Assembly: GCA_964642085.1 (NCBI GenBank)
Contig: CAZXLP010000001.1
Location: 1 to 33,909, forward strand
DNA: 33,909 nt
Direction of reading: 5' to 3'
From: an uncultured Anaerolineaceae bacterium
Lineage (GTDB): Bacteria > Chloroflexota > Limnocylindria > Limnocylindrales > CSP1-4
Part shown: piece by piece, positions 16,615-24,796 of the stretch
Layout of the letters: each line of letters starts with the position of its first letter
How positions within the stretch are numbered: the first letter of the stretch is position 1
Notes under the pieces: model-generated
Told to the model about the DNA's origin: nothing
Databases searched by the model: none
Seen by the model: only the letters and a program-made list of their open reading frames with translations
Translations under genes and position numbers: made by a program

Positions 16615-17969
16615 TTGTAGGCACCGGCGTAGCGGCTTTCGTCGGCGATTGACACGAAGCGCGTCTGGCGCTTCCGGAAGTAGAGCTTCGTCTCGCCGGT
16701 CGGGCCGTTGCGGTGCTTGGCCAGCCGGAGGTTGATGACCTCGCCTTCCGGATCCTCGTCCTCGCCGCCGCGCTCCTTCTCGCGCCACAGGAACATCACA
16801 AGGTCAGCGGTTTGTTCCAATTCGCCCGATTCCCTGAGGTCTGACAGCCGCGGTTCGCGCTCGGTGCGCATCTCCGGCTGGCGCGATAGCTGACTCAATG
16901 CGATTACCGGGATCTGGAGCTCGCGCGCGAGCGCCTTGAGGCCGCGGCTGATCTCACCGACCTCCTGCACGCGGTTCGACTCCCGGAGGCTCAGCGAGGA
17001 CTGCATCAGTTGCAGGTAGTCGACGATGACCAGGTCGAGCCCGGACTCAGCCTGCAGTCGGCGCGCCTTGGTGCGCAGCTCCATCGTGCTGATCGTTGGC
17101 GTGTCGTCGATGAAAATCGGCGCCTCTGCAAGCGAGTTCATCGCCGGCGCGAGCCGGGTGAAGTCCATCTCTTCGAGAAAGCCCGAGTGCAAGCGTTGGG
17201 AGTCGATGTTGGCGACGGAGCTAAGGAGGCGCAGCACGAGCTGTTCCTTGCTCATCTCCAGGCTGAACACCCCGACCGTCTTGCCCTCCGTAACCGCAGC
17301 CTGTTCGGCGATGTTCAGGCCGAGGCTGGTCTTGCCGACGCTGGGCCTGGCGGCGATGAGGATGAGATCCGACTTCTGAAGACCGCTGGTCAGCGTGTCG
17401 AGGTCAGCGAACCCGGTCCGGATACCGCTGATCTCGCCCTTGTGCTGGTGCAGGTAGTCGAGCCGGTCATAAGCCGAATGCAGGAGCGACTTCAGCGGAG
17501 CGAAGCCGCTCGCGACCCGCCGGTCGCTGACCGTGTAGAGCTCCTGCTCCGCACGATCGATCGCCTCGCCAACGTCGGCGGAGTCGTCGTAGCCGATTGA
17601 AGCGATCTTGCCAGCCGCACCGATCAGGTTCCGCAGGACTGCCTTGCGCTCGACGATGCGGCCGTAGTGGACGGCATTGACGGCCGTGGGCGTGAGGTTG
17701 ATGAGGCCAGTGAGGTAGGCGGACCCGCCGACCTGGTCGAGGGCCTCTTTCCGCTCCAGCACCTCGGAGACAGTGACGATGTCGACCGGCTCGCGACGCT
17801 CGTAGAGCTCGAGGATGGCCTCGTAGATCGTTCCGTGCGCCTGGCGGTAGAAATCCTGTGGGCGCAGGAAATCGGCCACCTCGATGACTGCGTCGCGGTC
17901 AATCAGCAGGGCGCCCAGGACAGACTGCTCACCCTCGATCGATTGGGGCGGAAGGCGGTCTATGGACAA
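16611..17969 (-). CDS. dnaB: replicative DNA helicase DnaB
   Basis: N-terminal PPQSIEGEQSVLGALL, Walker A ARPSVGKTS, later helicase motifs (VIVDYLQLM, ALSQLSR). The ORF extends to TTG 18029, but TTG 17969 has GGAGAA 7 nt upstream and gives the usual N-terminus. Confidence 0.9.
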   Translation of the reverse strand: MSIDRLPPQSIEGEQSVLGALLIDRDAVIEVADFLRPQDFYRQAHGTIYEAILELYERREPVDIVTVSEVLERKEALDQVGGSAYLTGLINLTPTAVNAVHYGRIVERKAVLRNLIGAAGKIASIGYDDSADVGEAIDRAEQELYTVSDRRVASGFAPLKSLLHSAYDRLDYLHQHKGEISGIRTGFADLDTLTSGLQKSDLILIAARPSVGKTSLGLNIAEQAAVTEGKTVGVFSLEMSKEQLVLRLLSSVANIDSQRLHSGFLEEMDFTRLAPAMNSLAEAPIFIDDTPTISTMELRTKARRLQAESGLDLVIVDYLQLMQSSLSLRESNRVQEVGEISRGLKALARELQIPVIALSQLSRQPEMRTEREPRLSDLRESGELEQTADLVMFLWREKERGGEDEDPEGEVINLRLAKHRNGPTGETKLYFRKRQTRFVSIADESRYAGAYN

Positions 17970-18144
17970 GGCGGCATTCTCCGAGCGGGCCGTTAACGGC
18001 GCTGGCGTCGAATGCTCGGCTGCCGGCAACGCCGCGGCAACGGCCTTATGGACGAATTGCGTCCCCCGTTTTTCGACGGGCTGTGGATTGTGTGGACGGA
18101 GTGGCGAAGTTAAGTGCCCTCGCCTGCGCCCCGCGGCGCGGCCG

Positions 18145-18792
18145 TCAGTCCACGCGGCGGATGACGCCGATCAGCTTCCCCTGGATGTTGACGCTTTCGT
18201 AGAACTGCGGGGGGTATTGGTCGTTGGCGGGCTGGAGACGAACGCGGTTCTTTTCCTTGAAGAAGCGCTTGAGCGTGACCGCGTTCTCCTCGACCTGCGC
18301 CACGACGATGTCTCCGTCACGGGCGGTCTGCTGCGGCCGTATCACCACGAAGTCACCGTCCGTGATGTGAGCGTCGATCATGGAGTCGCCGCGTACCTTG
18401 AGGACGTACGCGTCGCCGCCGCCCACGACGGTGTCAGGGACTGACATCGTCTCGCTTGCGTCCTGGTACGCCTCTATAGGACCGCCGGCGGCGATCTCAC
18501 CTATTACCGGGAACACCCGACTCTGGGCGCCCAGCTGCGGCATCAATGATCCGGGCACACCCGACCGCATGGCAGCGGCAGGTGTTACACGGATGGCACG
18601 CGAGTGGCTTGCGCCCCGCTCGAGGAAACCCTCGCGTTCGAGTGCCTGAAGGTGATGGTGCACGGCGGAGGTAGAGGCGAGATCAACCGCCTTGGCGATC
18701 TCGCGCACGGACGGCGGATAGCCCGTTTCCCGAACCCTCGTGGCGATGTACTCAACGATGCGCTGCTTACGAGCGGCGTCGTGCTTGGTCAC
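18145..18792 (-). CDS. lexA: LexA repressor
   Basis: wHTH (GYPPSVREIAKAVDLASTSAVHHHLQALEREG) and S24 peptidase domain (VRGDSM, KRF). Start moved to GTG 18792 (AAGGAGG at 18798-18804) because the longer ORF would contain its own promoter and operator. Confidence 0.9.
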   Translation of the reverse strand: MTKHDAARKQRIVEYIATRVRETGYPPSVREIAKAVDLASTSAVHHHLQALEREGFLERGASHSRAIRVTPAAAMRSGVPGSLMPQLGAQSRVFPVIGEIAAGGPIEAYQDASETMSVPDTVVGGGDAYVLKVRGDSMIDAHITDGDFVVIRPQQTARDGDIVVAQVEENAVTLKRFFKEKNRVRLQPANDQYPPQFYESVNIQGKLIGVIRRVD

Positions 18793-18811
18793 CGGCACCT
18801 CCTTGTGCAGC

Positions 18812-18840
18812 ACGATACCGAACGCCTGTTCGATTGTCAA
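18812..18840 (-). promoter_or_regulatory. lexA promoter with embedded SOS (Cheo-type) box
   Basis: Minus strand reads TTGACA-ATCGAACAGGCGTTCGG-TATCGT. -35 at 18835-18840, -10 at 18812-18817, palindrome CGAAC-N4-GTTCG at 18819-18832. Confidence 0.8.
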
Positions 18841-18924
18841 CCAGACGCGCCGGTGCGTTGGCCCTTGGTTGATGGCGCCCTACACCTGACGCGAACGTCT
18901 AGGCACAGATAGGCTGGCCGCTCG

Positions 18925-19353
18925 ATGGGCCAACCAGGCGAGGACTACCTAGAGGATGCCCTACGCGAGATCCTCGACGCGCTGCCGAGTCTCGACCCGG
19001 AGCATCTTTTCCAGCTCGCGCAACTGTGGTCGGAGGAGGACCAGCGCGCTCGGCGGGATGCGTGGCAGAGGGCGAAGGTGGCCCTCGACGCAGACGATCG
19101 AGCCGATCTACTCGAACAGGCGCGGGAGGACGTAGGGTCGTGGATGCGGACGACCCAGGCCGACTTCCACGGGATCTCGGGCATTCTTGGCCGCGAGGAC
19201 GATCAGGCGTCGCTGCGCCGAAATGCCGCTCCTGCGGTTCTCGACGCGGCCTGTGGCCTGCTGGCTGAAGTCGACCTCCAGGCAGCGGACTACGACGTTC
19301 TCTCCCGGCCCTGGCGCCTGACCATCGATTCCGGTGAGCCTGAGCCGTCATAG
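18925..19353 (+). CDS. hypothetical acidic protein, divergent from lexA
   Basis: 142-aa ORF with coding-like composition. No recognisable domain and no TM helix. Confidence 0.5.
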   Translation: MGQPGEDYLEDALREILDALPSLDPEHLFQLAQLWSEEDQRARRDAWQRAKVALDADDRADLLEQAREDVGSWMRTTQADFHGISGILGREDDQASLRRNAAPAVLDAACGLLAEVDLQAADYDVLSRPWRLTIDSGEPEPS

Positions 19354-19429
19354 GACGACCCGTTCGTCAGCCGCCGGCAATCACTGGCGGCGAACCGGCG
19401 AACAATGACGCTGCCCTGGGTGTTGTCCG

Positions 19430-19804
19430 TCAGGCCGATGTGGCGTGTCGGTATCCCGTGGCCGAGCCCACGAGCAGCACGATCGCTGCAACCATGGGGA
19501 ATACGGACGTGGCCATCACGTCCTGGGCAGTTACCTGTGTCCCGGCCATAAGCACCAGGGTCATGAAGTAAAAACTCGCGAGGAACATCGCCAATCCGGC
19601 GACCATGAGACCAGCCAGCGCCATGCGCATGCCCGCCGTTCCGCGGTACGCAAGCGCAACCGATGCAACAGCGACTAAAAGCATCACGACAGACGCGCCA
19701 CGGCCCATTGACCACACCCAGGCCCATGCCAGCACCGAGCCGACGACGCCCGCCCAGACAAAGGTCCGCCACGCCCACGGACGCCCTACGACGTTCGCAT
19801 TCAT
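19430..19804 (-). CDS. small membrane protein (about 4 TM helices)
   Basis: ORF 19430..20101 trimmed to ATG 19804 (GGGAGAG upstream). Sequence MNANVVGRPWAWRTFVWAGVV... is hydrophobic throughout. Confidence 0.55.
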   Translation of the reverse strand: MNANVVGRPWAWRTFVWAGVVGSVLAWAWVWSMGRGASVVMLLVAVASVALAYRGTAGMRMALAGLMVAGLAMFLASFYFMTLVLMAGTQVTAQDVMATSVFPMVAAIVLLVGSATGYRHATSA

Positions 19805-19964
19805 ATTCTTCTCTCCCAAGGGGTACTCAGCATTTGCCGATTGCGGTCGAGGTTCATCGCCCCGAGGGACATGTTCAATTGACCGCAGGTCCCATACGAG
19901 ACGGCTAGGAGTGCCGGTCCGTGCACGCACGTGTTTGCTCCCGGATGGCGCAAGCTCTTGTGTG

Positions 19965-20087
19965 ATGAAGCACCACCAGTCCCTGAACCGGACCGGGTTC
20001 CAGGCGACTGTGCATTGCCTGACTGGCTGTGGGATTGGTGACGTTCTCGGCCTCGTCATCGCCACGGCGCTGGGTTGGGATGACTGA
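19965..20087 (+). pseudogene. N-terminal remnant of a DUF4396-type membrane protein
   Basis: MKHHQSLNRTGFQATVHCLTGCGIGDVLGLVIATALGWDD-stop. The HCLTGCxIGxVLG motif is the family signature as I recall it. The normal ~100 further residues are absent. Confidence 0.45.
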
Positions 20088-20131
20088 TCGCCGCGGAACA
20101 TGCTCGACGGGAACCTCTCCCGAACCCGTCG

Positions 20132-20626
20132 TCAGCCCCCCAACGGCGCACCGACCTCGCGCGCGATGCGGGCCAGGAATGCCTGGGCGGTCCGGGTCGC
20201 GACGAAGTGCAGCAGCGACTGGTCGATCAGCAGGCCGATCCGACCGAACGGTGGCGCGTAGCGACCGACGAGCGTCAGGCTCGATCGCCGGATCTCGAGC
20301 TGGCCGGCGAACACGGGGAAGAGCGGCGCAAAGGTCGCGGAACTCCACTCGAGTGGGACGCGGACAGCGTCGTCCTCGTCGCGGACCGGCCCGACATCGA
20401 TCAGGGCTGCCTTGCTTGCGGCCGGTCCACTCCCGTCTCGGACGGGAAGCTCGAGGTTCGTGGCGATCCGGCGCCATCCGGGCTCGATCGCCGCCCCGAC
20501 GGATGAGCCCAGCCATCCCAGGTCGGCGAACGCCGCTCTGACCCGATGGAGATCGAGGGTCGCCCGGTTTATGACGCATAGGGAGACAGTCTCCGATCTG
20601 ACCGCCAAGTCGGCGGCGTCAGTCAT
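20132..20626 (-). CDS. hypothetical protein
   Basis: 164-aa ORF starting at ATG 20626 with coding-like composition. Family not recognised. Confidence 0.5.
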   Translation of the reverse strand: MTDAADLAVRSETVSLCVINRATLDLHRVRAAFADLGWLGSSVGAAIEPGWRRIATNLELPVRDGSGPAASKAALIDVGPVRDEDDAVRVPLEWSSATFAPLFPVFAGQLEIRRSSLTLVGRYAPPFGRIGLLIDQSLLHFVATRTAQAFLARIAREVGAPLGG

Positions 20627-20695
20627 GTCGTCCGACCTGGGAACGGCGGGCGATCCAGGCAGACGGCCATGGTCGGCGACGCTGCGTCATGCGGC

Positions 20696-21355
20696 CTACG
20701 CGTCGGTGACCTCGATCGTGCCCGCCATGCCTGGGTGGTAGCGGCACAGATACGGGTAACTGCCGGCCGTGTCGAAGCGACGCTCGAAGGCCTGTCCCGG
20801 CCCGAGGTTGGCCGACTCCCACGACGTGTCTGACGCCGAGACCGTGTGTGGCAGCGCGTCGTCATTGAACCAGCGCACCGTCTCGCCAACGACGATCGTC
20901 AGGGTCGAGGGGTCGAACCGCGAGCCGGCCATCCGGACCGACGTCCCGGCCGGTGCGGTTGGCGCCGCGCCGAAGCCCATCATCCCGCCCGGTCCCATCA
21001 TCCCGCCCGGTCCCATCATCCCGCTCCGGTCCCAGTTCAAGCCAGCCGGTCCGATGGCGCTGGCCAGGATCCAGGCCACCATGGCGCCGGCGATGAGAAG
21101 CAGCGCGATCAGGCCGACGCGGTCTCGCCCACGCGGCCGCTCGGTCGACCCGAGGACCCCGCGCATCTGCTCGAACTGGCCGGCGTCGATCTCGCCCCGT
21201 GCGTAGCGAGCGCGGAGCGCGGTCATCGCATCGTCGTCCGACCCGCCGCCGGTTAGCCGAACGGCCCAGACGACGACCAATACGACACCGACCATGACGG
21301 CGAGTCCGCCGAGCATCCACAGCGGGCCTCCCGAACCCAAGCCCCAGGTCATCAT
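20696..21355 (-). CDS. membrane-anchored SHOCT / Met-rich repeat / cupredoxin (plastocyanin-like) protein
   Basis: ATG 21355 overlaps the OsmC stop (ATGA). TM helix, SHOCT-like LRARYARGEIDAGQFEQMRGVLG, second TM, (GPGGMM)x3, then cupredoxin copper ligands (HTV ... CRYHPGM). Confidence 0.75.
   Translation of the reverse strand: MMTWGLGSGGPLWMLGGLAVMVGVVLVVVWAVRLTGGGSDDDAMTALRARYARGEIDAGQFEQMRGVLGSTERPRGRDRVGLIALLLIAGAMVAWILASAIGPAGLNWDRSGMMGPGGMMGPGGMMGFGAAPTAPAGTSVRMAGSRFDPSTLTIVVGETVRWFNDDALPHTVSASDTSWESANLGPGQAFERRFDTAGSYPYLCRYHPGMAGTIEVTDA
20978..21031. repeat. 3 x 18-bp tandem repeat encoding GPGGMM
   Basis: catcatcccgcccggtcc twice exactly, then catcatcccgctccggtc. Confidence 0.85.
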
Positions 21356-21882
21356 TGCGTTGCCCAGGCCGTGATCCCGGCCATTGGCGACGAGCGTCCT
21401 GCGAGGGCGTCCGGATCGTCGCCCGGACCCGTGACGACGACCTCGCCGCTCTCGTCTGGCCGACCGTCGGCGCGCCGGATGCGGTAGCGGTGGTGGACCT
21501 CGGCGGGTCCGGCGCTCAACATCGCCGAGACCGTGCAATAGCGCGTCGCCGAGAGCTCGATCGCCCGCCGGACGGCCACGGCGTCGAGATCGGCCCCGTC
21601 GAACTCGTGGACGATGTCGATCCGCACGTAAACGTGAGGATGGCGGTGCTCGCGCTGCTCACCGGTCACCGATACCTGGTACGAGCTGAACGACTGGCGC
21701 CCCTTGGCCAGGATCGCCGCGACATCGAGCGCGGTGCAACCGGCCTGCGCGGCGAGCAAGAGCTCCGCGGGCCGCGGGGCGCTGTCGCCGGCGGCGTCGT
21801 CGATCGCGAGAGCGTGGCCGCTGCCAGTCGAGATCGCGAAGCGCATCCCGGTCTCGTGCCGGGCGCGAGCTGACTTGATCAT
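21352..21882 (-). CDS. OsmC/Ohr family protein
   Basis: ORF trimmed to ATG 21882. PAELLLAAQAGCTALDV and ATRYCTVSAML carry the two conserved Cys of the OsmC fold. Confidence 0.7.
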   Translation of the reverse strand: MIKSARARHETGMRFAISTGSGHALAIDDAAGDSAPRPAELLLAAQAGCTALDVAAILAKGRQSFSSYQVSVTGEQREHRHPHVYVRIDIVHEFDGADLDAVAVRRAIELSATRYCTVSAMLSAGPAEVHHRYRIRRADGRPDESGEVVVTGPGDDPDALAGRSSPMAGITAWATQ

Positions 21883-22096
21883 GCAGACAGGATCGTCCTG
21901 TGCCTCCACGCGCGGCACCACCAAATGGCACATACCTGGGGACCGTTGGTCACGAACCCAGGCAGTCGAGCGCGGCCGGTCACACCCGGTCAGGCCGAAT
22001 GGACTATGCGCGCGGGTCCGGGCGGCACTACCAGCGAAAGTGGGTGCGGTCGACGCTGTACGTGACCATCCGAAGCTCTCTGAAGGAGTAACTACT

Positions 22097-22627
22097 GTGC
22101 GCGTCCTGATTGTCTACGCGAGTCAGTACGGCTCCACCAAGGGGATCGCCGAACGGATCACCGAGACGCTCCGTCAGCAGGGACTCGTCGTCGACCTGAG
22201 GTCCGTGGATGCCGACCCTCGGCCGCTGGCCGATGAGAGCTTCGACGCCTATGTCATTGGCAGCGCCGTCCACATCGGCCACTGGCTGCGGCCGGGCGTA
22301 GATTTCGTGCGCGAGAACGTCGACGTTTTGGCCAAGCGCCGCGTCTGGATGTTCAGCAGCGGGCCGGTCGGCGAGAAGCACGTTCGCGAGTCGCAGCCGG
22401 ACCCAGTGGAGATTGCCGAGTTCCGTCGTCTGCTTGATGTGAGCGATCACGTCGTGTTTGGCGGCGCGTTCGATCCGTCGACGGCAGACCTGACAAAGTC
22501 GGGCTGGCTTGAGCGGCAGGTCTCGAAGCGGTTCCTGCCCACCGGTGACTTCCGCGACTGGGCGGCGATCGAAGCCTGGGCCGTCGAAATCGCCCGCAAC
22601 CTGAGACCAGTCCCTGTGGCTGCGTAA
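22097..22627 (+). CDS. flavodoxin-like domain protein (HemG/flavodoxin family)
   Basis: GTG 22097 with GAAGGAG at 22082-22088. VLIVYASQYGSTKGIAERI is a flavodoxin FMN-binding N-terminus. The long 5' extension is antisense to OsmC. Confidence 0.7.
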   Translation: MRVLIVYASQYGSTKGIAERITETLRQQGLVVDLRSVDADPRPLADESFDAYVIGSAVHIGHWLRPGVDFVRENVDVLAKRRVWMFSSGPVGEKHVRESQPDPVEIAEFRRLLDVSDHVVFGGAFDPSTADLTKSGWLERQVSKRFLPTGDFRDWAAIEAWAVEIARNLRPVPVAA

Positions 22628-22656
22628 AGCCACACATCCTCGGAAGGAGTCAAGCC

Positions 22657-23769
22657 ATGGCAATCGCTACCCGACCCCACGAGAAGCTGGCGGAGGAGAC
22701 CTCCGCCACGATGCGGGCCGCGGTCTTTCATGGACCTGGGGACATTCGTGTCGACGAGGTCGCTCGGCCGAAGCCAGGCCCCACAGAGGCGCTCATCCGC
22801 GTCACCCTGACGACGATCTGCGGCACCGACGTTCACATTCTCAAGGGCGAATACCCGGTCAAGCCCGGCCTGATAGTGGGCCACGAGCCGGTCGGAGTTA
22901 TCGCTGAGCTCGGACCCGGCGTGGTTGGGTACGAGGTTGGCGATCGCGTCCTGGTCGGCGCCATCACGCCGTGCGGCCAATGCCACGCTTGCCTGAGCGG
23001 CAATCTCTCACAGTGCGGGCACGGTGATGGATACGAGGCGATCGGCGGCTGGCGCTTCGGCAACACGATCAACGGCGCCCAGGCCGAGTATCTGCTCGTC
23101 CCATACGCGCAGGCAAACCTGGCCAAGATCCCCGAGTCGCTGACCGACGAGCAGGTTGTCCTGCTGGCCGATATCGCGTCGACCGGGTTCTCGGGCGCCG
23201 AGTCGGGCCACGTCAAGATCGGTGACACAGTCGTGGTGTTCGCGCAGGGGCCCATCGGGCTGTGCGCGACGGCAGGCGCAAAGCTCATGGGAGCATCGCG
23301 CGTCATCGCCGTCGAGGGTGATCCCAACCGGGCGGCCGTAGCAAAGCGCATGGGCGCCGACATCGTGCTCGATCCGGACGCCGTCGACGTGGTCGCCGAG
23401 GTCAAGCGGCTGACTGGCGGGTATGGCGCGGACGTAGCGATCGAAGCGCTGGGCCTCCAGGTGACATTCGAGAGCGCTCTGCGCTGCGTCCGTCCCGGCG
23501 GGACGGTTTCGAGCCTCGGCATCTACTCGGGCACGCTCCAGGTGCCGTACGAGGCGTTCGCGGCTGGGCTGGGCAATCACACGATCGTGACCACGCTCTG
23601 CCCTGGCGGCAAGGAGCGGATGGGACGGCTGATGAGCATGGTCGAGGCAGGTCGCTTCGATCCGCTGCCTTTGATCACCCATCGCTTCTCGCTCGACCAG
23701 ATCGGTGAGGCCTACCGCATCTTCAGCAACCGTCTGGACAATGTCCTGAAGGTCGCAATTCGACCCTGA
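22657..23769 (+). CDS. zinc-dependent (MDR family) alcohol dehydrogenase
   Basis: ATG 22657 with GGAAGGAG upstream. CGTDVH, GHEPVGVIAELG and the Rossmann motif VFAQGPIGL. Confidence 0.9.
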   Translation: MAIATRPHEKLAEETSATMRAAVFHGPGDIRVDEVARPKPGPTEALIRVTLTTICGTDVHILKGEYPVKPGLIVGHEPVGVIAELGPGVVGYEVGDRVLVGAITPCGQCHACLSGNLSQCGHGDGYEAIGGWRFGNTINGAQAEYLLVPYAQANLAKIPESLTDEQVVLLADIASTGFSGAESGHVKIGDTVVVFAQGPIGLCATAGAKLMGASRVIAVEGDPNRAAVAKRMGADIVLDPDAVDVVAEVKRLTGGYGADVAIEALGLQVTFESALRCVRPGGTVSSLGIYSGTLQVPYEAFAAGLGNHTIVTTLCPGGKERMGRLMSMVEAGRFDPLPLITHRFSLDQIGEAYRIFSNRLDNVLKVAIRP

Positions 23770-23967
23770 CCGAAACCTCGCAAGGCAGCTCGTCCGGGCC
23801 GCTCGCGATGGTTCGCGTCATGCTCCACGAGAGGCAGTCGAGTGCGGCGGCGGCGGCAACCTGGATCGGCACGGCCATGGCGCCAAGCAGCCACTCGCGA
23901 GTTCCCCGGTCCGTGGAAGATCACAGGGACGAATTCAGTGCCTTCGACCAGTACTTCGTATCCACGG

Positions 23968-24399
23968 TCACCTCATCCCTCCGGCGACCTCGACGTCCTT
24001 GATTGGTCGCGCAAGTGCCTCCAGGATGGCTTCGCGCAGTCGGGCGCCCGTCGGAGCACCGACGAGCGGAACGACCCTGTGCACTCCCGAGGTCTCAACC
24101 CAATCAAGCTCGATCCCAGGCGCCGTGAGGACGACCGGCACGTTGGGGTGCAACTCGCGGAGGCCCTCGATCAGCTGCCGCGCCCCGCCGGCCTCTCCGC
24201 TCGCCCACACGTCGTAGACGAGGACGTCCGCGCGGGCGGCAGCAGCACATGGTTCGCCACGCATGATGGGGCAGCCGTATGCACGGGGGCCCCTGCATTG
24301 GTTGACCTCGAAGCCCTCGCGTCGGAGTGACTCGGCTTCTTGGTCGGCCATGTCGATGTCGTGGTGGACTACCAGTACCCGAGTCATGATCAGCGCCAT
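23968..24399 (-). CDS. degenerate receiver-like (CheY-fold) protein with a Cys-containing insertion
   Basis: VLVVHHDID..VLVYDVW..VVLTAP follows receiver beta-strand spacing, but the acidic pocket is HHD and the conserved Lys is missing. Insertion CRGPRAYGCPIMRGEPC. Confidence 0.5.
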   Translation of the reverse strand: MALIMTRVLVVHHDIDMADQEAESLRREGFEVNQCRGPRAYGCPIMRGEPCAAAARADVLVYDVWASGEAGGARQLIEGLRELHPNVPVVLTAPGIELDWVETSGVHRVVPLVGAPTGARLREAILEALARPIKDVEVAGGMR

Positions 24400-24796
24400 C
24401 CTTTCCGCTCCTGGATCATCCGGGGCGGCCAGCCGTGCAATGACCCTTGTGTTGGGTGAAGCATGGCTGTCGGCCTGCTAAGTACGTAGGGCCAAATCGC
24501 CCTCCTCACGGGGGGCAACTGGCCCATCCTTTCGGTCGGATGGAAGCAGGCTGTGTTTGTGGAAGCCTAGATCCGGGCGCGAGGTACCGTGTGCCAGTAG
24601 GTCGTGTTGAAGAGGACCTTCCCCAGATGCCAGAACCGGTTCGGCTTGGGCCATCGATGGTCACCGTGCTGGTTTCTGCGTTCCCACTATCCGTCGAGGG
24701 GACGCGCGCGGTCAGGGCCGCCTCGCCTGTTGCGGTGTGCCATCCGGCTCGAATCCGGGGTTCCGTCCGGTTGACAGAGTCTTGCGCGTGACCTAC

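Noticed and set aside
18793-18840. First 16 codons of the maximal lexA ORF
   Set aside because: This stretch is the promoter, operator and RBS of lexA itself.
19605-19964. First 120 codons of plus-strand ORF 19605-20087
   Set aside because: They are antisense to the 4-TM membrane-protein gene and low-complexity. Only the last 41 codons (the DUF4396-like stump) look like real coding sequence.
19986-20001. GAAC..GTTC palindromes with the wrong spacing (19986-20001 with N8, 24633-24642 with N2, about 30003-30020 with N8)
   Set aside because: The LexA operators verified in this window have strict N4 spacing and sit in promoters. These three lie inside coding or decayed sequence.
21704-22096. 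5' extension of the flavodoxin-like ORF, and similar extensions of dinB (31615-31866) and of the Mur ligase ORF (29970-30578)
   Set aside because: Each extension is antisense to, or overlaps, a well-supported neighbouring gene (OsmC, asnB). Each is replaced by an internal start with an RBS or a stop/start overlap.
24741-24762. tRNA T-arm-like element CCGGCTCGAATCCGG
   Set aside because: No matching acceptor, D or anticodon arms exist on either strand, so it is not a tRNA gene. At most it is a fragment.
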